DNA of 63,920 bases, filler included, from Chiloscyllium plagiosum (GCF_004010195.1; 4 parts of one record of this genome joined end to end with filler, not necessarily neighbours in it); one strand, 5' to 3'; positions 51,040 through 63,326 are shown, counted from the first letter of the whole stretch. The notes: generated by a model from the letters alone, not told the origin. Program-made: numbers and translations.

Positions 51040-52615
51040 TGCAGTATTTCTGTAGATCTCCTGGTCCTGATCAGGTGTTTCCAAGAACACAGCAAGAGGC
51101 GAGAGAAGATGTTGCAGGGGCCCTGGCTGATCTTTTTGCATCATCGTTGTCCACGGGGGAGGTCCCGGAAGACTGGAGGGTAGTGAATGTTGTGCCCTTG
51201 TTCAAGTAGTGCTTGTGAAGAAGAACCTGTGAACTATAGACCAGTTAGCTTAACAACTGTGACATGTAAGTTCCTTGAGAAGGTTCTGCGGGATAACATA
51301 TGCATGCATTTGAATAGACACGGTTTCATAAGGAGCAGTCAGCACTGTTTTGTGCAAAGGATATCATGGCTCACAATTATTTAGCGTTCTTTTGAGGAAG
51401 TGACCTGGAATATTGATGACAGTATGGTGGTAGACGCAGTCCATCTAGGTTTCAGAAAGGCCTTTGATAAGGTTCCACATGATAGACTGTTCTGAAAGGT
51501 TCGATAGCATGGAATCCAGGGGGAGCCGGCAAATTGGATACTCAATTTCCTTGATGGTCGAAAGCACAGGCTAATACTGGAAGGATGCTTTCTGGACTTG
51601 AAGCCTGTGACCAGTGGAGTGTCTCAGGAGTCGTTGCTGGGCCTATTACTGTTTGTTATCTCTCAAAGATTTGTATTAGAAAATGTAGAATGCATGATTG
51701 GTAATTATGCTGATGGCAATAAAATAGGCAGTACTGTGAACAGTGAGAAAGGTTATCAGAAATTGCAACATGACATTTTTTCAGCTGGGGAAGTGGGCCG
51801 AGAAATGGCAAATGGAGATTAATATAGATATGTGTGGGTTGTTGCATTTTGGAAAGTCAAATCCAGGTCAGAGTTTCGTGGTGAATGTTAGACCCTGAAG
51901 GAGTGTAGTGGAACAGTGGGACCTTGGAGTTCAGGTCCGTGGTTCTCTGAAAGTAGTTGCACGTAGACAGGGCTGTGAAAAAGGCTTTTGGCACACTGGC
52001 CTTCATCAGTCAGGGCACTGAGTATAGAAGTTGGCGAGTTATATTGCAGTTGTACAGGACGCTGGTGAGGCATGCACTTGGAGTATTGTGTTCGGTTGAG
52101 TTTACTTTGCCATAGGAAAGATGTGATTAAACTGGAAAGAGGACAGAAGAAATGTACACGGATGTTGCCAGTACTCAATGGGCTGAGTTGTAGGGAGAGT
52201 TTGGACGGACCAGAACATTTTCCTTTGACTGTAAGAAACTGAGGGGAAATCGTATAGAATTGTATAAGAACATGAGATGCGTGGAGAAGGTGAATGCACT
52301 CATTCTTTTTTCCCAGTTTTGAGAATCAAAGACTAGACGACATCAGGTTAGAGGTGAAAGAATAAAAATGATCCTGAGTGCCAACTTTTTAACGCAGAGG
52401 TTGGTAGACATATGGAATGAGCTGACAGCGGTTTGGTTGAGGCACGTACATTAACAACATTCAAAAGGCTTTTAGACAAATACGCGGATAGGGAAGGTTT
52501 AGAAGAATAAGGGGCAAGGGCAGGGAAATGGAATTAGCAGGATGGACATTTTGGTCGGCATGGACCACTTTGGTCCAAAGGGCCAGTATCCAAGCTGCAG
52601 GACTCCATGATTCTA
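51040..52615 (+). mobile_element. CR1 LINE RT to 3' end
   Basis: NYRPVSLT, SQHCFV, FRKAFDKVPH, VTSGVSQ, YADG; tail ends gactccatgattcta. Confidence 0.9.
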
Positions 52616-52914
52616 ATATTCTAACAACTATTTCGTGTCTACCACTTCATGCTCAAATGTTCTATATTGTATGCAGGCGCCGTGTAAAATACAACATATT
52701 GATGTCTCTAGTCCTTAGAGCAAGGTTACTAATGAGTCCTTCTGACCACACATAACCAAATCAAAAATTATCTGCTCTCTTGTTTGAGTCACAACATACT
52801 CTTCAACCAACCTGTTATACGCTTATGGAATTTATTTTTCACAACATTAGCAGTCACTTAGTTAATGCAGTTTAGATGCAATTTGAGATCATGCAATACC
52901 ACTGCAGCACCCAC

Positions 52915-53137
52915 AATATTTGCATCTCTAATTGCCAGAGGATACAATGCACAGAATTTGCACGAGAGCATTGGTTTTGATACATAATACGCCAATGCTT
53001 GCTTCTCCTTCCTATTTGTAAGATCCACCCAAACTGATTCTGTGTAATATGAGGGACAGAGTCTGCGGCGTTATTAGTGATAGACTTGGACAAGACATTC
53101 GGGGAGGGTCACCTCGACGTTGACATGATCTGAAGAA
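52915..53137 (+). promoter_or_regulatory. Candidate promoter/5'UTR (octamer, two CCAAT boxes, local CpGs)
   Basis: ATTTGCAT at 52918-52925, ATTGG at ~52970, CCAAT at ~52992 and several CpGs at 53060-53120, upstream of a candidate exon. Motif evidence only. Confidence 0.3.
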
Positions 53138-53613
53138 ATGACCAGCAGTACAGGACAAGCATCAATATCCTCTCCACTCTGTCAGGTAAACTGTCACCGT
53201 ACTCTCTCTGCGCCCTCACACTCACTACCTGTTATAGCACCTACGCCCTAACAAGGCTCACACTTTTATCTCCAAATAAGGCTCACGCACTACCACTCTC
53301 ACTATTGAATTCAGCACCCTCCCCAACCCACCCCCACTCCGCGCACTCTCTCTCCCTCACTATACTCCCAACACTAATAACCTTGCATGGATACAACACT
53401 GTGGACTGACTCCCTCCGGACACCTCACCATTCCCCCTCCCCCTCCACTAACAGCAGGGCCACACACTCCCACAATCACTCCCTCCCCCCTTTCTCCGTT
53501 TCCAGGAGAAACGGATTGTAATAGGAGAGAAAGGACCAGGCCAGATTGTGGAGGACCCGATATCTGATCCCTCCTCCAACCCCCCCTCCCCCCGCCATGT
53601 GAGAAGGACCCTG
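53138..53613 (+). CDS. Candidate unidentified gene, exons 53138-53185 and 53506-53613
   Basis: ATG with an upstream in-frame stop, donor CAG|GTAAAC, acceptor tttctccgtttccag|G, a 108-bp exon open only in the matching phase 0, and donor CTG|GTATGA. Peptide MTSSTGQASISSPLCQEKRIVIGEKGPGQIVEDPISDPSSNPPSPRHVRRTL; no family recognised. Confidence 0.3.
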
Positions 53614-53769
53614 GTATGAGCCGGAGTGGACCGGGACGTGTCATATGGAGATTCCGTGATATCCATGTCCCTCCAACTGAGTAAAAAACAATGTTCTGTG
53701 AAGGGCAATTCTCACTTTAACCACTCTGTCTGTTCTCATAATTTTCTCCCTCCCAAAACAACAAATATC

Positions 53770-54020
53770 TCATTGCAGACAGATACAGACACAAAAATAT
53801 TCAGAGACATATGTAAACATCCTAATATACTGACACTCACAGTACTTACACGAAGATAGAACCGCACACAAGTAGTGGCATACGGAGACTTTGACAGTCG
53901 CACACAAATAGACACAAGCAAAAGTAAAACGCACAGGCTAATACACAGATGAACTGATGTCAGCACATAAATACACAAACACACAGACACATGAACAAAC
54001 ACACACAAGTACACATATGG
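53770..54020. repeat. Degenerate (CA)-rich low-complexity tract
   Basis: Repeated acacaca/gacac motifs. Confidence 0.6.
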
Positions 54021-55427
54021 ACTGGTATCATGCTATCAGTTATTCCCTTCCTGGGACAGGAGCAGAGAATGAGTTTAATACATATTTAATTGAAACGGAT
54101 CAGTGGTCCTATTAGACAGGTTTAGAGGGCTGAATGGTTTATGTCCATGCCTAATTATTCTGTCCTTGTGTTTCAAAAGAGGCGGTGATTTCATGTTAGG
54201 TTAACACAGTTTAAAATAACAGGTCCCACACTGAAATAAGGTCGCCCCTTTCATTTTGGTGTTGTACTATCTATAGGGTCCTCATCCTCAGGGAGCAGTG
54301 AAGACTCGGTTTTTGAAGACATTCAAGGCTGAGCTCGACTGATCTTTGCTGGACAGGAGAGTCAATATTTATTAGAAACAGACAGGAGATGGATGGTCAA
54401 ACACAATCGGATCAGTCACGAGCATTCTGACTGGTGGCACCGAATGCCTCTACGCCATATGTTTTCCCTCAATCCACCCTCGAGGCTGTTACNNNNNNNN
54501 NNNNNNNNNNNNNNNNNNNNNNNNNNNNNNNNNNNNNNNNNNNNNNNNNNNNNNNNNNNNNNNNNNNNNNNNNNNNNNNNNNNNNNNNNNNNNNNNNNNN
54601 NNNNNNNNNNNNNNNNNNNNNNNNNNNNNNNNNNNNNNNNNNNNNNNNNNNNNNNNNNNNNNNNNNNNNNNNNNNNNNNNNNNNNNNNNNNNNNNNNNNN
54701 NNNNNNNNNNNNNNNNNNNNNNNNNNNNNNNNNNNNNNNNNNNNNNNNNNNNNNNNNNNNNNNNNNNNNNNNNNNNNNNNNNNNNNNNNNNNNNNNNNNN
54801 NNNNNNNNNNNNNNNNNNNNNNNNNNNNNNNNNNNNNNNNNNNNNNNNNNNNNNNNNNNNNNNNNNNNNNNNNNNNNNNNNNNNNNNNNNNNNNNNNNNN
54901 NNNNNNNNNNNNNNNNNNNNNNNNNNNNNNNNNNNNNNNNNNNNNNNNNNNNNNNNNNNNNNNNNNNNNNNNNNNNNNNNNNNNNNNNNNNNNNNNNNNN
55001 GTATTGTGCCCTCCATCCACCCTCGAAGCTGTGACAAAGATAGGGGGCCACCCATTCAACCAGTCGTTATCGTTACCATGAGATTGGAGGAGACCATTCT
55101 GCAAATTTTACGAGTTACAGAGGAAAATAGAATTAATCATTTTAGCTCATTGAGTACATTTTACTGCACAGGACGCCATGTAAACATCTCAGCTGCTACA
55201 CAGGAAGCTGTTGCTAACAGGAAATAGAGAGTAGAGAAAATTCTTATTTTCACATTACAAACCTGTAACATGTGGACTGCCTGAGAGATCACTATGGGAT
55301 CATTAACGGTCAACATCTGTATCAAAGATCTGGAGGAAGGGACTGAATATATCAAAGCCCAATTAGCTTAAACACCAAGCAGGTCATCCAGTATGTCATC
55401 AAATGGAGGTCGTGTGTCATCAATGAG

Positions 55428-55546
55428 GAGCAGGAGAATTGGCGTCACGGGTATAATCCTTCATCAGGAATATGCCCGGAACATCGAGTCTCCTGTTCGT
55501 TGGGTGCTGCCTGACCTGTTGTGGTTTTCCAGTATCACATTTTTCA
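55428..55546. mobile_element. Degenerate inverted PLE tail
   Basis: gagcaggagaatt..ccttcatcaggaatatgcccggaacatcgagtctcctg..gctgcctgacctg. Confidence 0.65.
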
Positions 55547-56288
55547 TGTCTTCATCTGTACAGGGCGTTGCTAAGACCACATCCTACACATTATGCGCAG
55601 TTTTGATCCCTTAACCTAAAAAAAAGTTTTAGAAGCTTATCAACAATGTTTTGTTCACACTTTCCTGGAATGAAGATCTTTTGTTCTGAAACATTATCAG
55701 TTTTGGACTTGGATGAGAAATCACTTAGAAGCATATATGATTTTGAGAAAAATCAGCTGGATGCATATTTTCGCTTCCCGGGGAGACAAAAACTATGGGA
55801 TAAATTTTAAGAATAAAATGTATTGATTTTAGCACAGATATTATGAAAACGTCAAACGATTTTTCAAAATTAAGCATATGCATATCATCAAGTTATAAAG
55901 CAAGAATTTTTTTTTGCTAATGAAAGGCACTGTGTATAACAACAGCAATGATGCACTTACATATCGTCCATTATGATCCATTCTAGAGAATGTTCACGAC
56001 GAGTGCACGCGGTCCAGTTTGGTGTTCAGTTGATATGATTGTTTGTTTCAACACAGGGAGGGAGAACAATGCTCCCTGCCTGAGAAGCAGCAGCCGATTG
56101 ATCCCTCTATCTTCTTTTGTTCCACCTGACAACAGTAAATGTCTGACTCACCTCTACCCGATGAGTCGTGGAGAATCCCTGATGAGAGATTCATTGGAAT
56201 CTCTCTTCCGTCTGAAGCAAAGGGCATTCAGCTAACTCCAACTATTCTGGGGAGAAATCACATCACAAGTAACTTGTCTGAGCAGAAT

Positions 56289-56592
56289 TGGCGGTATGGC
56301 ATCTCAGTGGTTAGCACTGCTGCCGCACAGCACCAGGGTCCCAGGTTTGATTCCAGCCTTGGGCGACTGTCTGGGTGGAATTTGAATATTCTCCCTGTGA
56401 CTGCGTGGGTTTCCTCCGGGTGCTCCGGATTCCTCCCACAGGTCAAAAATGTTCAGGCCATGCTAAATTGCCCATCGTGTTCGGTGCATTAGCCAGAGGG
56501 AAATGGCACTGGGTCGGTTCATCTTTGGAGAGTCGGTGTGGACTTGTTGAGCTGAAGGGCCTGTTTTCACACTGTAGGGAATCTAATCTAAT
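56289..56592 (+). mobile_element. HE1-type V-SINE, full length
   Basis: tRNA head (ctcagtggttagcactgc; ggtttgattcc), V-domain gcgtgggtttcctccgggtgctccgg and tail ctgtagggaatctaatctaa. Confidence 0.88.
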
Positions 56593-57550
56593 AACGTCAG
56601 AAGACAGAATGACATTTGGGACAGTCTATCATCTATCCACTTGTTATGAGTTCAACTATTATGAAACTCTGGAAGGCTTTCATATTTCTGTTTTGTCTTA
56701 TGGTGTGTGTGTGTGTGTTTTTCACATTTTTGTAGAAGATGGGGCCAGGCTAACATGAGCCATATCACTAAACTTTGAAATTTGTTGTGGAGCAGTGTGA
56801 ATGCAAAAGGAAACACTGACCCTGCAACATTGATTGGAGCACGAATGACAAATTCTAAAAGGGCTGTTCAAGTGGGAATTCCTTTCCCCGGAAGTGTGTG
56901 GTGCCTGGATGCTTACATTTATTCAAAGTTGTGTCTGTTAAATATTTGAGAGACAAGTGAATGTAGGAAAATGATGCACGTACAACAGAAGTACTGCTGT
57001 GACCACAATCACATCAGCTACGATCTCAGTGCGTGGCAAAACAAAGACAAAGTGCCTAATGGCCCACTCCTACTCCTCAGTCCCGTATTCCTATATTCCA
57101 TTCAGCTCCTCACAGCTCTTGCATAGATAGAGGCCACTTGCTGGAAATACCGCGTCCACATTAATACAGGATCTTCTTCTGTCCCTCTCGATTGTCACAC
57201 ACAGTTTGGCGTGGGTTGAAAAATGTTAATTCAAAACCCAGGCTGGGCTCAAATGATGCCTCTGGTCTATTTATAGAGTGTCTGCTCTCTGCAACTTGTG
57301 CTTCATTTGTTGGTCATGGTGCAGACCCAGATTCACTGTGAATTCAGTCCCCATACCTCACTCAGAGATGATTCATAAAATGCTTTGCTCTCTCTAACTG
57401 CAACATCCAATAACGGAATGTTCAGGAAAATTACAAACATTAACTTTCTAATTACAGAATATGAGAACATAAGGAACATGATCGAATGGCAATTCGGATG
57501 ATCAGGCCTGCCGTGACATTGTATAATATTATGGATGATCCACTGTTGCT

Positions 57551-57650
57551 NNNNNNNNNNNNNNNNNNNNNNNNNNNNNNNNNNNNNNNNNNNNTTAATT
57601 AATTAANNNNNNNNNNNNNNNNNNNNNNNNNNNNNNNNNNNNNNNNNNNN
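57551..57650. other. Artificial scaffold linker N44-TTAATTAATTAA-N44
   Basis: 12-mer at 57595-57606 within a 100-bp N spacer. Confidence 0.95.
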
Positions 57651-58211
57651 GGGTTCATTTCTCCATCGCATCTTTAGGTTTAACTTAACTGTATTTTTCA
57701 TTTCATTGTCTTAAAGTTTGATTGCCTTTTCCTTGATTAATACTTCACTGGCCACAGGTGAAGTGCCAGACTGGAGGATTGTCAATGTGGTTCCTTTGTT
57801 CAAGAAGGGCAGCAGGGATAGGCCAGGCAATTACAGACCAGATAGTCTGATGTCAGTGTGAGGGCAATTGTTAGAAAAAATCCTGAAGTATAGGATTAAG
57901 CAATACTTGGAGAGGTAGGGATGCCAGTATTGATTATGTCAACAAAGGCCCCACATGGAAGGCTGGTCCAGATGGTAAGGGCCCATGGGATCCAAGGCAA
58001 GTTGGCAAATTTGATCTAAAATTGGCTTCCAAATATGAGACAAAGAATGATGGTGGAGGGTTGTCTTTGTGATTGGAAGCTTGTGATCAGTGGTGTGTGA
58101 CAGGGATTGGAGCTGGGACCCTTTCTGTTTGTAATGTACATTAACAAATTGATTGTGATTGTATAATTAGAAAGATTTCAGATGCCACATAAATTGGTGG
58201 TGTTGTTGATA

Positions 58212-58935
58212 TTGATTTGATTTTTATTTTATTGTCACAAGTACTCAAGTACAAAAGTATAGGAGTGCAGTGAAAAGTATGTAATGTTGCCTCACAAGGT
58301 GCCATCTTACGTACAAGGACCTAGGTACAGAATCTTAAGAACAAGATAGAAAGAAAGGATACAGTTAAAAGATACCCATTACAGATTAGTTTTAAGAAGA
58401 CAATAAAGTAACAAATCTGAAAGTTCAATCATTAGTCTTTCCTAAGCACTTTGCTACCATGGGATCATATCCTGAGACCAGAAGTCCATGCTGAGGCCGT
58501 TCTGGGCTGAGAGACCACCAAATACAGCAAAAGATCACCCTGTGGGCTGAGAGACAACCACACTGGGCCACTGAGAGATGGCCATGCTAGGCTGAGAGTC
58601 CATCACTCTGGGCTGACAGTCCAGCATGCTGGGCTAAGAGGCCACCACATTAAACTGAGAGGACGCCATGTCAGACCAAGAGTCTGCCTTTCTGGCTGGG
58701 AGGTCTCTCTGCCACTGCCACACAAAGCTGAGAGGCCGTATCACTGGGTCTGCACTGGTCGGAGACTAGGTGTCTGAGGCTGTGAGTCTGTGGCTGGGAG
58801 AGATAGGATGAAAGAAGGACAAAAGAAAACTACAAAACAAAAGAAAAAAAGATGGAAGAAAAACAAGAAAAGGAAACAGATGGAGCAGTTGAACTCGGTT
58901 TGAAGAGTCCTACTCTGCTGCCATCTTGGATTACC
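58212..58935 (-). mobile_element. Non-autonomous retroposon with Rex1/Babar-like tail and internal ~21-bp repeats
   Basis: Minus strand starts CCAAGATGGCAGC and ends cttgagtacttgtgacaataaataaaaatcaaatcaa; gggctgagag..cacca repeats at ~58500-58780; no ORF. Confidence 0.55.
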
Positions 58936-59083
58936 GGGTCTCAGGCTACAGTCTGATATTGATCAGCTGGTAAATTGGGCAGATCAATGGCAGATGGAAT
59001 TTAATCCTGATAAGTGTGAGGTGATCCAATTTGGGAGGTCTAATAAGGGAGGGATATACACAATGAAAGGTATGTGCCTTGGG

Positions 59084-59786
59084 TGTCCATGTGCGTGGAT
59101 CACAGAGGGTTAGTCTGCAGGTACAACAAGTAATTAGGAAGGCAAATGGAATTTTGTCCTTCATTGCAAAAGGGATTGAATTTAAAAAGCAGGGAGGTTA
59201 TGTTGCAGCTGTACAGGGTGCTGGTGAGGCCACACCTGGAGTACTGCGTGCAGTTTTGGTCTCCTTACTTGAGAAAGGATGTACTGGCACACAAAGGGGT
59301 GCAGAGAAGGTTCACGCGGTTGATTCGGGGGTTGAGAGGGTTGACCTGTGAGAGGAAACTGAGTAGACTGGGATACATTCATTGGAACTTAGAAAAATGA
59401 GGGGGATGGGGGATCTTATAGAAACATATAAAATTATGAAGAGAATAGATAAGACATAGGAAGTTTCCACTGGTAGGTGAAACTAAAACAAGAGGGCAGA
59501 GTCTCAAAATTAGGGGGAGCAGTTTTAGGACCAAATTGAGAAGGAACTTCTTCACCCAGAGGGTCATAAATCTCTGGAATTACTTGCCCAATGAAGTAGT
59601 CGATGCTACTTCAGTAAACGTTTTCAAAGCTAAGATTCTTTTTGAACAGTAAAGGAATTAAGAGATACAGTGAGATCGTGGGTAAGGGGAGCTGAGTCCA
59701 TGAAAAGATGAGCCATGATCTTATTGAATGGCGGAGCAGGTTTGAAGGGCCAGAAGGCCGACTCCTGCTTCTAGTTCTTCTGTTCT
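59084..59786 (+). mobile_element. Younger 5'-truncated CR1 nested in the host CR1
   Basis: LYRVLVRPHLEYCVQFWSPYLRKD through a tail ending gttcttctgttct; TATGTGCCTTGGG repeated at 59071-59083 and 59787-59799. Confidence 0.85.
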
Positions 59787-60075
59787 TATGTGCCTTGGGA
59801 GTAGTGAGGAACAAAGGGACCTTGGTGTACCAGTCCATCAATCCTGGAAGGTATCAGCACAGCTAGACAGGGTGGTGAAGAAGGCACATGGGATGCTTGC
59901 CATCACTAGCCAGGGTGTAGAATATAAGAGCAAGGAAGTCTAGTTGTTACTTTACAGAGCATTGGTTAGGTTATATCTGAAATACTGTGTATCATGCTGG
60001 TCATGACACTGTCAGAAGGTTGTGATTGGACTGGAAACGATGTAGAGGAGATTCACCAGGATGTTGCCTGGGATT

Positions 60076-60721
60076 GTCGGAGTGGGGAAAACATTTCCTG
60101 TTGAGGGAGTCGATTTCCTTCTGGGGAATGATTTGTCAGGACTAAAGGCAGTAGCTTCCCCAATAATTACAGAATGTCCAAAGGAGGTCCAAGAAACAGA
60201 ACAATGACAGGAACAGGTTCCTGGCCTCTCTCCTTCGTGTGAGGTAACCAGGGCCATGGTTAAACAACATCCATCAATAAGGGCTGATGTGACACCACAA
60301 CAAGTGAAAGGATCACTGATACTTTCCAAAAGGGTGAAGATAATCCAGCTGGAGTGTTTACTATGATGTCCCTAATTACAGCAGATCCAAGAAGCAGATC
60401 CTGAATGAACCAAATGAACACAGTCAGTTCATGCTGAGGTCGAGGCTGGAGGAGTTTCAGAGTGTTATTACCTTCAGAATGGAGCGCTGATGAGGAAGTG
60501 GAGACCCACCCCCCACCCCAATGGACTCACAGATGCAGAATGGTAGGTTAGACATTGGCTAGTGGTACCACCCAGCTATCATAGGGAGATATTGTGGAGA
60601 GTACATCAGATTTCCATGAGAGGACCATGGGGATTTGGAAAACACAGGCATCCAGAATCACATGTTTTACTGAGCAAAAATTGTTTAAATAGGTGGTGCA
60701 GTTTTTAAAAATGTGTCATAC
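60076..60721 (+). mobile_element. Gmr1-like Gypsy fragment (protease C-terminus to integrase zinc finger)
   Basis: FPVEGVDFLLGNDL, PSCEVTRAM, CYYLQNGALMRKWRP and LVVPPSYHREIL. Confidence 0.8.
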
Positions 60722-62462
60722 TTGACCTCATCCTTACCAATCCGCCAGCTGCAGATGCATCTGTCCTATACAGTATCAGTCAGAGTGAGCGTTGCACAGT
60801 CTTTTTGAAGGCCAACTCCTGCCTGCCACTGAGAATAGCATCCATCATGTTGTGTGACACTATCACCACGCTAACTGGGACAGACTTACAACCGATCTCA
60901 CAACTTATGACTGGGCATCCATGACACACTGTGGGCCATTAACAGCAGCAGAATTCTGCTCCAGCACAATCTGAAACATAATGGCCTGGCGTATCGCCCA
61001 CTTAACCATTTCCATCAAACCAGGGGATCAACAATGGAGAATTCAGGAGGACATGCCAGGAACAGCACCAGGCATGCATTAAGATGAGGTGTTAACCTGG
61101 CGAAGCCACTAAAGAAGACTCCTTGCATACCAAACAGCATAAGCAGCAAATGATAGACAGAATTAAAGAATTCCACAACCAACGGATCAGGTCTAAGTTC
61201 TGCAGTCCTGAAACATCTTGTCATGAGTGGTGTTGGATGATTAAACATCTCACTGGAGGAGGAGTCTCCACAAATATCCCCATCCTCAATGATGGAAGAG
61301 CCCAGCACAGCAGTGCAAAAGATAAAGCTGAAGCTTTCGCAGCAATCATCACCAGAGGTGCCAAGTGGATGATCCATCTTGGCCTCCCCCAGTGGTCTCC
61401 AGCATTACAGATAAAAGTCTTCAGGCAATTCGATTCACTCCACATGATGTCAATAAACGGTTCGAGGTCCTAAAAAAACTGGAATCACTGGGTATCATTG
61501 GCAAACTCTTTGGTATTTAGAGCCATACCTGACACATAGGAAGATGGTCATGATTGTTAGAGGTCAGTCATCTCAGCTCCAGGACATCCCTGGAGGAGCT
61601 CCTCAGGGTAGTCTCCTTCACCCAACTATCTTCAGCTACTTCATCAATGATTTTCCCTCCACAAGGTCAGAAGGGGTGATGTTCACTGATGATTGCACGA
61701 TGTTCAGCACCATTTCCAACTCCTCAGAGATTGGAGCTGTGCATGTTCAAATGCAATAAGATCTGGATAATATCCAGGCTTGGGCTGACAAGTGATAAGT
61801 AACTTTCATGTCATACAAATGCTAGACTCTGACTGTCACCAATAAGAGACAATCTAACCAGTGTCCCTTGACATTCAGTGGTGTTACCATCAACGTGTCC
61901 CCCACTATCAACATCCTGGGAGTTGATAGCCAGCTGAAACTCACCAAACAAACACAGTGGCTACAAAAGCAGGTCAGAGGCTAAGAATACTGCAGCAAGT
62001 ACCTCACCTCTTGTCTCCTGAAAGCCTGGCCACAATCTACAAGGCACAAGTCAGGAATGTGATGGAATACTCCCCACTTGCCTGGATGGGTGAAGCCCCC
62101 AACAACACTCAAGAAGCTGGACACCATCCAAGGCAAAGCAGCCGTTTGATAGGCACTGCATCCACATGTAACCATGCCCTCTCCCACCTACATTCAGCAG
62201 CAGCAGTGTTTACTATCTACAAGATGCACTGCAGAAATTCACCAAAGATCCTCAGACAGCATCTTCCAAACACAACCATTTCCATCTGGAAGGACAAGGG
62301 CACCAGATATATGAGAACACCATTACCTTCAAGTTCCCCTCCAAGCCACTCACCATCTTGACTTGAAAATATATTGTGTCCCTTCACTGTTGCTGGCTCC
62401 AGATCCTGGAATTCCCTCCCTAATGGTGTTGTCGGTCAACCCACAGCAGGTGGACTGCAACT
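60722..62462 (+). mobile_element. Crack/Zenon-like (CR1/L2-group) LINE ORF2, internally deleted
   Basis: GQSSQLQDIPGGAPQGSLLHPTIFSYFINDF, MFTDDCTMF and IYKAQVRNVMEYSPLAWMG. Confidence 0.85.
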
Positions 62463-62800
62463 GAGAGGCCTGGATAGAGTAGACATGGAGAAGATGTTTC
62501 CACTTGGCAGAGAGATTGGGACCTGATGGCACAGCCTCAGAAGGGGCCATCCTTTGGAAGTGAGATGAGGAGGAGATTCTTCATCCAGAGAGTGGTTAAT
62601 CTGTGGATTGATCATTGCTGCAGAGTGCTGTGGAGGCCAAGTCATTGAGTGTATTTAAGACAGATAGATAGGTTCTTGATTGGTAAACTGATCAAGGGTA
62701 ACAGAGAAGGCAGGAGAATGGGGTTGACAAACAAATCAACTATGATAGAATGGCAGAGTGGACTTGATGGGCTGAATGACCACATTCTGCACTGATACAT
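62463..62800 (+). mobile_element. CR1 3' end
   Basis: ggcctggatagagtagacatggagaagatgtttcc...gatgggctgaatgacc. Confidence 0.8.
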
Positions 62801-62804
62801 TGTC

Positions 62805-63326
62805 TTTAAAAGATACACTTGGATTCGCCACATTAATTGAACATGGTGTGGAGGTAGATAATTCAGACCCAATAAAACAAAACCAATTTTGGTTAAAACC
62901 AGAGAAACAGGCCAAAGTAACAAAGGAAGCTCAATGTTTATTTGAGAATCAATTGATTGATTTGTCAGAGTAATTGGAGTTCTCCCGTGTTGGAATTGAG
63001 CAAATATTCCAATCATCTAAAACCCTGGATTTTTAAAAACCTTTTAAAAATAAAGAGGCAGCGAGGTTGAGCTCTGGGAAAACACAGAGACACGGAGATG
63101 GCTGACCCATTTTGGTTAAAACCAGAGAAACAAGCCAAAGTAACAAAGGAAGCTCAATGTTTATTTGAGAATCAATTGATTGATTTGTCAGAGTAATTGG
63201 AGTTCTCCCATGTTGGAATTGACCAAATATTCCAATCATCTAAAACCCTGGATTTTTAAAAACCTTTTAAAAATAAAGAGGCAGCGAGGCTGAGCTCTGG
63301 GAAAACATAGAGACACGGAAATGGCT
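62805..63326 (+). mobile_element. Gypsy RT N-terminal fragment within a ~220-bp tandem duplication
   Basis: IEHGVEVDNSDPIKQ..LKPEKQ..KEAQCL.ENQLI; segment 62887-63102 is repeated at 63109-63326. Confidence 0.7.

Larger units (their letters stand above)
57720..60075 (+). mobile_element. CR1 LINE RT (host copy) interrupted by two nested insertions
   Basis: NVVPLFKKG..PGNYRP, FVMYIN and WQMEFNPDKCEV motifs; resumes at 59800 with RDLGV and ends at RRFTRMLPG (~60070). Confidence 0.85.

Noticed and set aside
52872..53093. Trp/Cys-rich minus ORF near an octamer, considered as an Ig V gene
   Set aside because: No Ig framework spacing, leader or RSS in any frame examined.
40424..55104. Long ORFs in the ORF track containing X runs, and His/Thr/Pro-rich ORFs at 41188 and 46247
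   Set aside because: These are artefacts of N gaps and of translating satellite DNA.
56139..56280. CTGATGA followed by a 9-bp hairpin (gagagattc-attg-gaatctctc), hammerhead-like, within ORF MSDSPLPDE
   Set aside because: The GAAA box is absent after the stem, and the ORF runs into a SINE with no recognisable homology.
56289..56365. tRNA-like A/B boxes
   Set aside because: This is the head of a V-SINE, followed by the SINE body and tail, not a tRNA gene.
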